Shown one piece after another: positions 12,400 through 25,484 of a stretch of DNA of 38,460 bases. Origin of the DNA: Octopus bimaculoides. Lineage: Eukaryota. Position 1 is the stretch's first letter, and each line of letters opens with the position of its first letter. The DNA is taken from assembly GCF_001194135.2 (NCBI RefSeq), contig NC_069007.1, positions 1,475,243 to 1,513,702 on the forward strand. The letters are read 5' to 3'. The position numbers and the translations under genes were made by a program. The notes under the pieces were generated by a model. It had not been told where the DNA came from, did no database searches, and saw nothing but the letters and a program-made list of their open reading frames with translations.

Positions 12400-12865
12400 A
12401 AGAACCAGTTTCGCATTGCTCATCAAGCTTAGAAATAGACATATTGCTAGGGTAAATAATTGCCCATTCATGTATCATCCAGTAAAGTGGTGGTAATCTG
12501 TAATTTTTAGTTTTGGTCTGTACTGTATTCTGGCTTTATATCATATAATAGATGGGGTAAGTCTTTTATTTTTAATATGGGGTCATATTTAATTCTGGTT
12601 TATATTTTTGAATGCATGAGACTCCTTTATTCAGTTTTGCTTGGTGTGAGGACCAGAAAGGTAGTTGATAAAATGAAAGAATTACGAATTGTGGTTGTAG
12701 TCGTTCTGCACATTCGTCGTTGTGTTGACTGATATATAATTTATTTGTCTTTTATCTTTTCACCTTTTGCCGTACTGAATATTTGATGTGGTTATACACT
12801 CAGGTTTTGACTGCTATTTCAAACATGGTGGTATCTCTTAGTTACCCTTATACATAATTTTAATG
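12400..12865 (-). mobile_element. Degenerate Penelope-like element fragment (region N-terminal to the RT core)
   Basis: Minus-strand translation with stops gives ECAERLQPQFVI...KYKPELN...KTY...NYRLPPLYWM, resembling the PLE motifs L.L...FVIVP.DK and LP.LYW.PK.HK. Heavily decayed. Confidence 0.4.
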
Positions 12866-13030
12866 ATATACTGTATTAATATTCCTCGCACTTTACATTA
12901 CGTTGTTGTCTTTACTGAATTCATAAAGCAAAACAGGCCGAATATGCTCCTTTGGCACTTCCATTATAGCATTGAAAATCATAACTGTTAAAATCGAACT
13001 ATGCCCATCAAAACTTGCACTAAGAGTAAG
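12866..13030 (-). mobile_element. Mariner transposon 5' fragment (transposase N-terminal HTH, pseudogenised)
   Basis: ATG at 12964 (-) gives MEVPKEHIRPVLLYEFSKDNNVM*SARNINTVY, resembling the Mos1-type N-terminus (KE.IRH.LLYEF..G.NA.E.ARNIN.VY). In-frame stop, then truncated. Confidence 0.75.
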
Positions 13031-14539
13031 TACTATCTGCTTTTATAGCATGTTGACACTGTTAGTGTACCCTGTCCCCCTCCCACTTTTAGTTCATGCA
13101 ATTGAAAAAAATCGCATTATTTATAAGATGACCCAATATATAATTAGCTAATCTGGACCAGTGTGTGGGAAATATTGAGCGAGGAACTTGCACAAACATG
13201 CATAAAAAAAGTTTTTTTATAAACATATTCGCAAACTAATTTCCAATAACCTTTTCACAACACAGCACACCAAACGCCACTCTGCCTAGAATCGCAACAA
13301 AAATAAGAACCTGCACACATGAACCTACGAGCTTGCCTGTACAGTATGAAGGGCATTCTAAATGAAGCAAAACATTTACTGGTTTCGATAACGCACCGCT
13401 TAACCATAACTCGCGATCATCACTTTATTTTCCACCAAACACAAACTTCACAACATACGCCTGGACTTAGAAAACATGCAGCATTTATGAAATTCATCAG
13501 CATGAAAAAGATCTCTGGAAGCCACATGAGTATAAAGCCACATTAAACAAGAACAGCTTTATATTTACATTTAGCCTCAGACATTAATTTTCAGCTAAAA
13601 GTTTATCCAATATTTTTGTATTACAGAATACAGTGAAACAAATAAAGACAAGACAAGCCTCAACTAAATAAATAATAAATCTGCTGAAGGAACTAATATC
13701 GGCGTGAATTGAAACACCTATGACAAACATTTTAAAAAACGTGTGAAGTGGAACAATCCGACTAGTTTCAGTGTTAAATAACCGCTGTCAATTATTGAGC
13801 ACACATCGATCACGTCTCCTTATATTCATGATTGCAGGAGATGAATGACTCATAATGAGTCTTTACAGAAATACACATGCCCACAGGCGCCTACCCACAC
13901 ATGCACCCAGAAACATATACAAAGTGACAAAACGCGTACTTTAAAAATATCTGAGTTTGCGGGCAAAATATTATTTAAAAAATTAACTATATTAATAAAT
14001 AATAAGTGAATAAATCGAAGTAGCGGAAACGATAACAAGTTAAAGAATTTATAAATTACCTTTCTTCTAGAATAAGATATCGCGAATGTAAATAATTCTC
14101 TCAAAGTAAAGCTACATAATATACATACATACACACATGTGTGTGTGTGTGTGTATTTATATATATAAAAGATAAAACAAAATCAAAAGCACCTAGACAA
14201 CAGCAGCAACAATAACATCAATAAAACAGGAAAAAAAGTGAATACCCACAACAAAACTTTAAAAGAATGTATTTAATCAAACTCTCATTATTATTATTTT
14301 TACTTTTTTTCCTGAGAATAAATAAGTAGAATAGAATATTAATCATTTTATGTTGCGAACCATTCGTAATCTTGAAACATTAAGCGCAAAGCAGGCTGGG
14401 AAATTTTGAGACAATAGATGTTTAATTACCTGCTCGGGATCCAACATGATGGAAAGTAAACATAAAACTTATCTCGTGTGAATTTTCTATTTTTCCTATT
14501 TAATTAGCCAGTCTATTGCAGAATCTATTCTCGCGCACA

Positions 14540-14870
14540 TGCTGTATAAAGACGCCCAAACACACACAGCCACACGCGTTCATTATACATATACATGTAT
14601 ACACATGAATTAAGATATATATATATATATATATAAATCAATATGTATATGTATGTATGTATGTTTATGTCTATGTACACACGTGTATATATGTAAATAT
14701 ATATTAATATACCCACACATATATACATACCCTTTCATATATTATATATTACATATACATATATATGTATATGTGTATGCACTGATACGTATAAATGTAT
14801 GTGTATGTATATGGAAACGTATGTATAATTATATGTGTGTCTATGTGTGTGTGTGTGTGTGTGTGTATAA
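14540..14870. repeat. Degenerate (AT)/(GT)/(ATGT) low-complexity tract
   Basis: Visible arrays. Confidence 0.85.
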
Positions 14871-16508
14871 ATAATCTATAATTTCGAAATATGTGATTTT
14901 ATATAATTTTTTTTTTCCAATTTTTCACTTGTTTATATACACAGAACGTTTCAGAAAGCAATTAAAAGGGCGTATGAATCATTTAATTTCATTAAAACTC
15001 GGAATAAAATATTTAGCTATAGTAAATGACTGTCGTGTATGTTAGTAAAAAAATAATATGTACAGCAAACACAAAGGAACATTAAATGTTTTTGCGTCGC
15101 AGTTGAGGTTTTTTCATTGTCGTAGTTGTGTGTTTTGTCTTGTTGGCTTAAATTTAAGCTAATTTTCCGGGTCTAAATCCCGGGAGACGCTAACAAATTG
15201 TAAAGAAACCCGATGGCTATCGAATTATTGACATGAAATTTATTGTTATGTGCCTGTGCACACACACATACATGCATATACACACACTGGCATACACACA
15301 CAAACATACATGCACATATGTGCGAATGAGATTTATGCAGTATTTGTGTAATTATAAATGGAAAGTGCCAATGTCGCAAGTAAACAACAGCAGTAAAACT
15401 ACACATAAAATCGTACAACAATATATATTTATATATATATATGAAAACATACGTTCATATATACTCACAGATTTACATTTATATACACAAAATATATATT
15501 GAGTTGCGAGACGAAGTGATAAAACTACGAAGATTTATTAAGAGAATATTTGATATATAAGCATGATTGTCCATAAAATTCAGAAGGCTATGTACTGTAC
15601 CATCTGTATGTAACAACCGCTGCTGTTAGAAACTTGCCATAAAAAGCAACTGTGTTCATTTCTTATTATCTCCACAGTGTTAAGTTTTGCTATAAGTTTA
15701 AACTAACAAGCTCGCTTGCTGTGTTGCCCTAGAAATACTTTTAAAGAATTGATTTGCTTCTTGTAAGATGTTGCATAAACAAAACTGAATCTAAGTAATC
15801 AATGAAGTTTATTAATCATCCCAAATATATACGCTGAAACCTTGTTTGATTTCAATCCTTAGTAGTGTCGAAAATATTCAAATTTAAATCATAAAATATT
15901 TAATCAAGCAACTAATCCCTGAAATTTCTGGCCTTATTATTGCTAATACTTTAATACAATTTACAGACGTACAGGAGTAGCATATAAGGTGACACACTGA
16001 GCAGTGATTAATCTCGGATATTAATTACAGAGCTCAAATCCTGTCAGTGAGCTTCAACATCAAAGACTTCACAGAAAAATATTCAATGGAATATTACAAA
16101 CTTGAAGTAATTCGTCACAAAACAATATTATATTTAAGTGGGAACGTACTACAGTTCGCTTTAGCCATGGACATGTCTAAAACTGCTTGTCTGTAACATC
16201 ATATTCAGCGCCAACACACACTGCTAAATGATTAGATTCTAACTGCGTTTTAATAAATATAAATTCACATGATTCGTTAGGGTATAATTTTTCATTAAAA
16301 CCATGATGTAAAACAGTTGTGCTGTCTTGAGGACGATATTCAATGTGCTATTGCGCTGAACCAAAAGTGTAGCATTGATATTAATCAATAATGAAAATTC
16401 TAACTTTAGGTAAATTCGAGTTGATTTAACTTTCTATATTCGTATTAATCCGTTTATAAGTCTTCAGTTGACCTAAAGCTTTAGTAGAAGACACTCGCTC
16501 AATATGTC

Positions 16509-16581
16509 ACGCAGTGGGCCTGTACCTGGCACCATTTGGTTGGGAAGCAAGCTTCTTAGCACGCAGCCACATCTATGCCTA
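16509..16581 (-). mobile_element. SINE family C, tRNA-like head only
   Basis: Reverse complement reads GTGGCTGCGTGCTAAGAAGCTTGCTTCCCAACCAAATGGTGCCAGGTACAGGCCCACTGCG. Confidence 0.65.
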
Positions 16582-16631
16582 CAAATATAAAATATGTTTA
16601 TTCATATACATGTATTTACACACACACACTG

Positions 16632-16691
<60 letters not shown>

Positions 16692-16815
16692 GCATGCATA
16701 TACACTATTAGACATATACAGTTACACATGCCTTGGAAGTTAAAACTTAGTCGCAATCCGATAACTCCAAAGAAGCAAGATATGCGAAGTCACGCTCACC
16801 TTCTCCTCCCCACCA

Positions 16816-16862
<47 letters not shown>

Positions 16863-17556
16863 AACATAGTGAATCATAAGCACCCACAATTCTATACTTA
16901 ATGTGAGAAGTAATATACTTAGGTCCCTGTGCCCGTAAGCTTATGTACGTTGATGAGAATTCGGACGAAGTTTCAAGTATTTACGAGGAAATATCAAAAT
17001 GACATCGTTGCATATGTTTAAAAGGACTAATGGAAGAAATGTACCGTTTCTCTTTTACATCCTTATGTCAATGTGGAAGACCTCAGGGCAGATTATATTG
17101 CACCTTACTCAGGATGGAAACTGTTGAAAGCATACATCGTAATCACTTTACAATTCGTAAAGAATGGTATTGTAATATTTTCCTTCTCATACGAGTTTTG
17201 TGTGTTGTTGTCTAAGTTGAATTCTCGATGTTCAACGGTAGTAAATATCACAGCGCATAAACAAACAGTCTGTATTACGTAGAACTCGTCAGACGCTTTT
17301 GGGAGGATAACATAGGTGATATCTGATTTCAATTTAGGATGGAAATTAGTTCAATTGAAGTATTTAAGCAAACAGTCTGAATCACTTCCAATATATGAGA
17401 GATTTTTGGTCGGAGGTGGAAACGGAGACGGAAATAGGCAATATATGTCAATGACGATTAAATGTGTTACTCTTTAGATGCATTTACAAGTATCTACCTT
17501 AAAATCTATCTATCTATGTAACGGTGTGCCAGTCTATAGATCTACCTATCTATTAA

Positions 17557-17780
17557 TCTAAGAACCCGTCTATCCATCTAAGAACCCGTCTACCTACCTA
17601 CCTACGAACCTGTCTACCTACCTACCTATTTATCTAAGAACCTGTCTACCTACCTATCTAAGAACCTGTCTACCTACCTACCTACCTACCTACCTATCTA
17701 AGAACCTGTCTACCTACCTAAGAACCTGTCTACCTACCTACCTACCTACCTACTTATCTATCTAAGAACCCGTCTATCTA
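17557..17780. repeat. Higher-order minisatellite: AGAACCYGTCTA core with variable (CCTA/TCTA)n spacers
   Basis: Eight cores at 17561, 17581, 17605, 17637, 17661, 17701, 17721, 17765. Spacings 20, 24, 32, 24, 40, 20, 44. Confidence 0.95.
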
Positions 17781-18469
17781 TCTGTGTATCTCTCTGTCTG
17801 TCTCTTGGACTCTCTCTCTGTCTCTGTCTGTCTGCCTGGTTTTCTGTTTGTCTTTCTGTCTGTCTTCCTATCATTTAGTCTCCCTGTCTATCTTCCTCTC
17901 CTCTTCTCTTCTTAGCTTCCTCCTCACCTGATATCAGTCTATTGATCTACATTAATGTCTATGTGTATACATATATTAATTTGTCAGCCTGTCAATCTAT
18001 CTATCTATTTATTTATTTATTTATCTGTCTGTTTTACTATTGATCTATATATGTATATATCTTTCTATTTATCTCTCTATCTATCTATATGTCCAAATAT
18101 GTATAGTTATGCGTGTTCATACAATGTACAGAACAATATGCAGACGCGTTCATTCTACACTAAATACGTAATAAAATATATTTCATTTATAGAAGAACTA
18201 AGCATCTTAATAAACGAAATAGTTCTGGCTGCCAAAAGGCAGGTATCAGATAGCAATAAAAATGTCTCCTTTTATTATCCCAGACGTTTTATTAAATGAT
18301 ATATTATCTATATGCAGAAGTATAACTACCTACGCCCAGGTTCGAATATACTGCGCATAAAAGTGATGAAGTTTCATTTGTAAAAACTGAAGGTTGATGA
18401 AATTCAATAAGGAAGAAATGTGTTCACCGAAAACTATACGACAGTGTGTCATATACATTTGTTTCCATT

Positions 18470-18700
18470 TTCTCTTGATTACGGCCATGCTGCAGCACCA
18501 CCTTGAATTTTTTTTATTCGAAATAGACCCCAGAACTTAATTTTGTTAAGCCTAGTACTTATTCTATCATTCATTATTGCCGAACCGCTAGTTAACAGAG
18601 ACTTAAGCACATCAACACCAGTTGTTAAGCGGTGGTGTGGGACAAACACATACGCATGTATATATATATATATATATATATATACATACACTTACAAACA
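18470..18700 (-). mobile_element. SINE family C, 3' domain plus internal microsatellite
   Basis: Reverse complement reads AGCGGTTCGGCAA...GATAGAATAAGTACTAGGCTTAAC...CTGGGGTCTATT...AAGGTGGTGCTGCAGCATGGCCG and abuts an (AT)n tract. Confidence 0.7.
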
Positions 18701-19004
18701 TGTATATATATATATACTTACTAACACATGCACATGTATATATGTACTTAATTTATCGCCCCCCTTTCGCCATGTTTGTCATCGTACTCTATTTATTTCA
18801 AGGGAACATTTGATACATACCCTTACAGTGAGAACGTGCAGCGATGCATTTTTATCTTCGTTTCAGTTGGTATTTAATATATGCTAACAATTGACGTGTT
18901 TAACTGTGATATAAGGAAATGTTTGTGACGTAACTTAGTTAAGATACATCCAGTAAAAAAATGATATAATAAAACGAAAACAAGGAACCAAAATACATAA
19001 ATAG

Positions 19005-19046
<42 letters not shown>

Positions 19047-19152
19047 ACTTGGGGATGGTCATATTGCCAGTTTAGCCAATAAAAACACACGCACTGTATA
19101 TTTGGTGTTAATTTGCTTCAGCTTTATATTACATTAATCTTAATCTTATTTC

Positions 19153-19197
19153 GGCCAGAGTTCTTTCGTCACACTTCTGTGACCTCATCAGTGGTCC
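19153..19197 (-). ncRNA. Candidate minimal type I hammerhead ribozyme
   Basis: Minus strand: GGACCA-CUGAUGA-G-GUCACA(GAAG)UGUGAC-GAAA-GAAC-UC-UGGCC. Core CUGAUGA/GAAA intact, perfect 6-bp helix II, 1-bp helix III, CUC cleavage triplet, 5-bp helix I with one bulge, and one extra G after A9. Confidence 0.6.
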
Positions 19198-19603
19198 TTT
19201 GTTTTCTTCCTTCTTATGTGTGTCTCACCTTGCTAAATATCAGCCATTTCGTATTCTTGCAAAAAATCTTGCAAAGCAAATATATATATATATGACGCCA
19301 ACAAACAGGAAAGGTCAAATATAAATTAAATACAGCTACAACTGAAAATTTAAAACAGTAAAATACTTAGCAAACAAAGCATAGAAAATAAACTAACACT
19401 ACATGGTATGAAGTTACTTGGCTAATCTAACTAGAGATCTTCCATTTGACATTTTAAATTACCGTAGTTTACGTAATAATAATCTGTGAGAAACAGAAAT
19501 AAAATGTTGACGCTGAATATGCAATGTATGTTCAATTTTTTGTTTCATCTGATGTTATTAATATAAACATCAGCATTAATATTATTATTTTGTGAGAGAG
19601 CAT

Positions 19604-19644
<41 letters not shown>

Positions 19645-19654
19645 GATATATATA

Positions 19655-19808
19655 TGCAACGGGTTTCTTTCAGTTTCGTTTGCCATATCCACTCACAAGG
19701 TTTTGGTCGACTCGAGGCTATAGCAGAGGACTTGCCCAAGGTGATACGTAGTGGGACTGAACCCGGAACCATGTGGCTGGTAAGCAAGCTACTTACCACA
19801 CAGCCACT
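19655..19808 (-). mobile_element. SINE family C, 5' half (tRNA-like head plus body)
   Basis: Reverse complement: TGGCTGTGTGGTAAGTAGCTTGCTTACCAGCCACATGGTTCCGGGTTCAGTCCCACTACG (box A/box B-like)...GAAACTGAAAGAAACCCGTTG, followed by (AT)/(GT) arrays. Confidence 0.8.
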
Positions 19809-19893
<85 letters not shown>

Positions 19894-19968
19894 TATATAT
19901 ATATATACACACACACACATATATATATATATACACACACACACATATATATACATATATATATACAC

Positions 19969-20022
<54 letters not shown>

Positions 20023-20030
20023 GTATATAT
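19809..20030. repeat. Alternating (AT)n/(AC)n block microsatellite
   Basis: Visible repeated alternation of AT and AC blocks. Confidence 0.95.
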
Positions 20031-21198
20031 AAAATGACATACCGATCTCATGCGACACACATCTTGCCACAGTCAATGCTGTATTACAAGCAAAAATATT
20101 GCATGACAGGATAGAACGAAAGGCGTTGTTAAGAACATGAAATCGGAGGTACTCGAAACAGTTGCGGCTACATACGATCGGTTTAAATGTTGAGACATGT
20201 AACAAGTGGAAGAACATTTGGTGAACTGGTGGCGTTTGCTGTCGTGTTTATGCTGATGACATAATAATATATTCTATAAAATGTTTATTACGGTGCGCTT
20301 TTGATAATAATGTTTTCTCGATTCTAAATACAGTTTTGAATATATGATGCATTTCACGAACATGTAGTATTGAAATCATGAAATGAAGCATTGCAGAAAT
20401 ATGAGGCGTTAATGTTATTGGTGTCCAACAGAGTGCGATATTGTTTATGCGTAAGAAATGTGATAACGTAATGCAATTTATCCTGCTACTACAATGAGTT
20501 ATCCACAATATCTCATGTTCTGCTATTTGTACAATACGCCATCACATGAAAGAAATATATGCATATACACAATTGAATCCACACTCATAATCACACACAG
20601 TAATTAAGGGTCAGTAATTAAGGATATTTTTTATTTGTTTTAAATACATACACACGCATGCAAACACGCGCACACACATATATATGTATATCCATCTATC
20701 TTTCCATCTATCTTTCCATCTTTCTATCTATTCTTCTACTTGTCATGGTGGACTTAGGAACATCAGCTTCGATATTCCCCACATATTTATGAAGCCCCGA
20801 AAAGAGGTAAAAGGACTTTCTTTCTTCCCAGATGGCAATGAAAAGTTTTCTCTGCTATTCACCACACTGGAAAATTCAGTATTTCGCTTGAGAAAGGATA
20901 TGAATCCTTTTTGTCACGGGGTTAATACTGTTGACTCGTGTAACATTATAGAGCAGTCAACAAAATCAATAAATATATTTTCCAAAACATATAAAACAAC
21001 AAAATCCAAAACCTTTCGCTCTGTTCTTAATGGATTATTGTCTTTTAATTCCAAGTCATCTGGCGAAAGAATCAACACAAATGAAAGAGAAATATTTTCT
21101 AAAGACATAAGATATTAGCTGTAAATAAAAAGCATGTATAATAATAATATAACATATAAATAATGGAGACAATGTCTATGTACCTAGATATCTATTTA

Positions 21199-21234
<36 letters not shown>

Positions 21235-21266
21235 NNNNNNNNNNNNNNNNNNNNNNNNNNNNNNNN

Positions 21267-21301
<35 letters not shown>

Positions 21302-21870
21302 AATATGTGTGTGATGTGTGTGTGTGCATATAAGGGTACAGGACGCAACCGACTGTGTAAGGAACATAAAATACGTAAACAAACGAACGAAAAATGGAAA
21401 ACAGGACAAGTAAACACTGAGAAATGACCCTTTATCAGTTGTTGGCCGTCTATCTACTCCTGTATGTATGTATGTATATAGGTGTACAAGTTTGAGAAAG
21501 TGTGGTGAATCAAAACTGTATCTATGCAATTATAATATTTGATACACCAGGCAATCATAGTAAAAATATTACGTTTATGCTTAGCGTTGAAAAGAGAGCA
21601 ATATACACAAGTAAAGAAAACATTCTCGTTTAGAACTATGATATAATGATCTATAAATATGTAATCAAGTTGTATACATTTATATATATATATATATATA
21701 TTTGTGCCCATGCATCGATCGATCAATCAATCTATCTACTTATCTATCTATCTACATATATACATAAACGAATATGTGTACGTATGTGTATGTATATCTG
21801 TAAGCAAATATAATCGCGTGCATGTGTATTTATTTGTGTGGCGTGCAAATAGGAGTTAAATGTTTGTAAA

Positions 21871-21930
<60 letters not shown>

Positions 21931-22377
21931 TTCTCTATATGTAGGAAGATGCTAGCGTGTGCCCATCTTTGCATGACTGTGTGATAAGTAGGTCTGTAAA
22001 ACTTATACATCTCTACTTCCCGTATGTACTATGTGAAAATTTTTGAAATCTGTGAAAATTGCCAGATTCAAATTCTTACTTTAACATGTAAAAATAAATA
22101 GCTTACATACTCTAGATGTAAAGCTGCATTTAAGATAACGCAACTTGCAGACGTACAATGATTAGCTGTGACATTTGTTCAGTCACCCTTCCTATAGATT
22201 ATACAGCCTCTGTGACTAGTCTACATAAGAATAGTGTCTGCTATTCATTAAAAGACATAATGTCTACCAGATATTCCCATTTTCACCGAGAAAGCTGACT
22301 CGATTTCTCTGCAAAAAGAATGATAAGTCGTAAAATCAATATTACCTTACCAACGCAATAATAAAAGCATGGAACTG

Positions 22378-22415
<38 letters not shown>

Positions 22416-22856
22416 GCAATAGTAATAGAATTGTAATATTAAAAGCAATGAATATACTAATAAATACAGAATAAAACTAATACTACTACTACTAATAATG
22501 ATAATTTTAGAATGTGGCACAATGCCAGTTATTTTTAGGGGACGAGGAATTAGGGAAGTCCGTTGCATAGATCCCTGTGCACGATTTGTATTATGTTTTC
22601 TTAAACATTATCTAGAACAATACTATATGAAAAACGAAATATATGACACTCGAGAGAGCTAGGATACATAGGAGGGACCTTGGCCTCTAAAACTACTTGC
22701 TGTAACACAATAGGAATATTCTTGCATCTAAGGTTACATGTTATAGCCCGATGTTAGGATTTTCTCTTTTCTAACAATCTAATCTGTTGAGTGTATAATA
22801 ATAATAATAATAATAATAATAGTAATAATAATAATAATAATAGTAATAATAATAAT

Positions 22857-23280
22857 TGAATATGATAACGCAAAGATCCTATGGGATTTTATGATTCAGT
22901 ATCAATTGAGAAAGAGAGCAAACGATGCTGGATCATAGATACAGTATGCCCAGCTGATAACAAAGTATGCGATAAGGAAGAAAGAAAAATCGATAGATAT
23001 GATAGGTTGGCTTGGGATGATGAGCACTTGTGGTCGATGGGAAAGGTGGTAGTAATATCAGTAATTATTGGAGCCCTGGGAACAGTGAGTAAAAATCTTG
23101 AGAAGTGCATGGAATAAATAGAGGCTGCAATAAGGGTGGAACACCTGCAGAAAACAGCACTGATTAGTACCGCTCGAATACTCCAGATGGCACTCAGAAA
23201 ATTAGGGGTGTTACCTTAGTTCACTGGTAGTGAACAGCTGACACCGTAGTAAATCTCCAGCGTTAGAAGCTGTGCAAGAC
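22857..23280 (+). mobile_element. 5'-truncated R4/Dong-like non-LTR retrotransposon (C-terminal restriction-like endonuclease plus 3' UTR) within (AAT)n
   Basis: Translation EYDNAKILWDFMIQ / IEKESKRCWIIDTVCPADNKVCDKEERKIDRYDRLAW...VVVISVIIGALGTVSKNLEK...HLQKTALISTARIL is typical of the R4-clade C-terminus. One frameshift deletion and one stop. (AAT)n on both sides (about 22795-22856 and 23281-23293). Confidence 0.85.
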
Positions 23281-23454
23281 AATAATAATAATAATATTGA
23301 TAAAAGCATTGTAATAATAATAGTAATGATGATACAAATAATTGTAGATTAACAGTAAAAATAATAATTGCTTAAAATTTTGACACAAGCTAGCGATTTT
23401 TAGGATACGAGGAAGTTAGGAAGCCAATTACATGAACCCCAGTAAATTTAGAGT

Positions 23455-23600
23455 ACCGGTATTTCGTCTGTCGTTACATTCTAAGTTCAAATTCTGCTGT
23501 GGTCGACTTTCATGCTTCGGAATCGATAAATGAAATACCAGTTGCGTATTTGGGTCGATCTAATCGAGTAGCCTCCTCCACAAAAATGTGTGCCTAACGC
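23455..23600 (+). mobile_element. SINE family B, internal fragment
   Basis: CCGGTATTTCGTCTGTCGTTACATTCTAAGTTCAAATTC...GGTCGACTTT...TCGATAAATGAAATACCAGTT is collinear with 26123-26336. Confidence 0.65.
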
Positions 23601-24559
23601 AGAAAAAAACAACTTATTCCAGGCTGAACTGGAACTGAACCGGAACGCCTAAATATCGCAGTTAAATTTCTCTCACAATGTTCGTCATAAATTTAGGTGT
23701 AGAAATGATCACATCATTACACAATGTTATATTTTGACAGCCAGTTTGTAATTAATCCATCTTTACATCTTTCTCCTTCCTCTCCTTCTCTCTAAATATG
23801 GAAACGCACTTCCACGCTGTTATGTATGAACATGTTTCAAGCCGGTTTCCATTTCTCACTTTCTGTTTCTCTTTTCAGTTTTTCGCGTTGTTTCGTGTGT
23901 GTTATAGTGTTTTGACAGCATTAATTATGTGTCGCACATATTCCATAAATTACTCATATCACACGGCTCAAACTCAATAGCAACCGACATTATATTTGAA
24001 GAATTTCAATTTACGAATGAAAATTCGAATAACAATCATAGAAATGTAGAACAATGGGTATTGAAGAAAACAGGAATAATTGTTACATTGGCAGCGCCGT
24101 AATTCTTCTTAACATAAATATTTAATTACATTGAAATTCAAAAGCCATAATAATTAGATATTCACGAATACATAACACTGAAGAGTTATAAAATGGAATG
24201 CATAATATCTAGACATCATATGAGCGATATTTATATAATATTCCAGTGATGTCTTGGATTGATTTGTGTGAACCAAATAATAAAGACAGAAAAATAAAAC
24301 AACAGCAACAACAAAAAGAAAACACGAATACATGGAAATATAAAAGAATATAATCCAAAAATATTTACTACAATAACAACATTGTATGTATTGTTAGGAA
24401 AACAGAGAAATGATATGAAAATATATAAAACTTGTTGACAATGAGTATTGGATACAAGATAGAGTTTGGTGGGTGAATGGAGAAGGCGGTGGTCGAATAA
24501 TGTTCGGAGAATGAGCATCTAATGATAAATCGGTTAAATCCTCTCCCCGCTCCGCCGAA

Positions 24560-24712
24560 CCCCTTAAATATACATACACGCATGCATACACACAATACGC
24601 ACGCACATATATATGTACATATAAATATGCACACACATACATATAGCATTATGCATACTCATATATATGTATTTATGTCTGTATGAATGTATACATCCAT
24701 ATATATATATAT

Positions 24713-24779
<67 letters not shown>

Positions 24780-24870
24780 CACATATATATATGAATGTAT
24801 ATATGTATGTTTATATATATGCATATATGTATATATATATATGTTGATGATTTATTTGTATACGTGTATA
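24560..24870. repeat. (AT)/(ACAT) compound microsatellite
   Basis: Visible arrays. Confidence 0.9.
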
Positions 24871-25484
24871 TGCCAATATTTTAGCTTGCATTTCAGAATG
24901 AAATAATACGAATTCTAACCGAATGGAAGAAGATTCCTCATAACCCATAAAAGAAATTCTAATTGATATACAGATGAAAGACAAACTCAAATCAATACAC
25001 AGACAGACACACAGACACACAACATACATATACATATATTGTTATATGTTCTGTAATTTTCCCTTTGATACTACATCTTGCTAGGACATACAAGATTCTT
25101 GCATTCCTGCAGGGATAATAAGAATATAAGAAACGAATTCATGTAGTTCTGTGATTCTATCTTTAAGAAGATAATTTTATCCTCGGTTCCTGCAAGTTAT
25201 TTGACAATATACATTACATTATATTGTATTGTATTATGCGATATTATATTGTATCATGTGAAGTTATGTTATGCTATTTCAAACAATAATATTGATTTTT
25301 AAGTCGTTATATAGTGTAACATATTTACATGATGGAAACATTGTTGTATGTAAAGCAATGGGCTGATCCATTGTGTTATGGGTGTTTATATTCTGTAAAC
25401 ATCTTGATGGATGGAAGAGTGAGATGAGCCAGGAAGGATTTGAAATTAAAATGCATCGGTTATTTTCTTTTTTCTTTTTTTTTT

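Noticed and set aside
16923-17002. Possible terminal exon ending ...DEVSSIYEEISK* (YEEI motif)
   Set aside because: Weak acceptor without a pyrimidine tract and no upstream exons; a short motif can arise by chance.
17557-17780. CRISPR-like repeat-spacer appearance
   Set aside because: Spacers are (CCTA)n slippage tracts rather than unique sequences; eukaryotic context with no cas genes.
20230-20345. RVYADDIIIYS resembling the RT catalytic motif
   Set aside because: No flanking RT motifs in any frame; a lone four-residue match is not sufficient.
20684-21118. 144-aa ORF with a partly open antisense frame
   Set aside because: Starts in low-complexity sequence, no recognisable domain, no convincing splice pair.
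24400-24565. GC-richer patch possibly encoding a Penelope C-terminus on the minus strand
   Set aside because: Similarity too loose to call by eye; needs a profile search.
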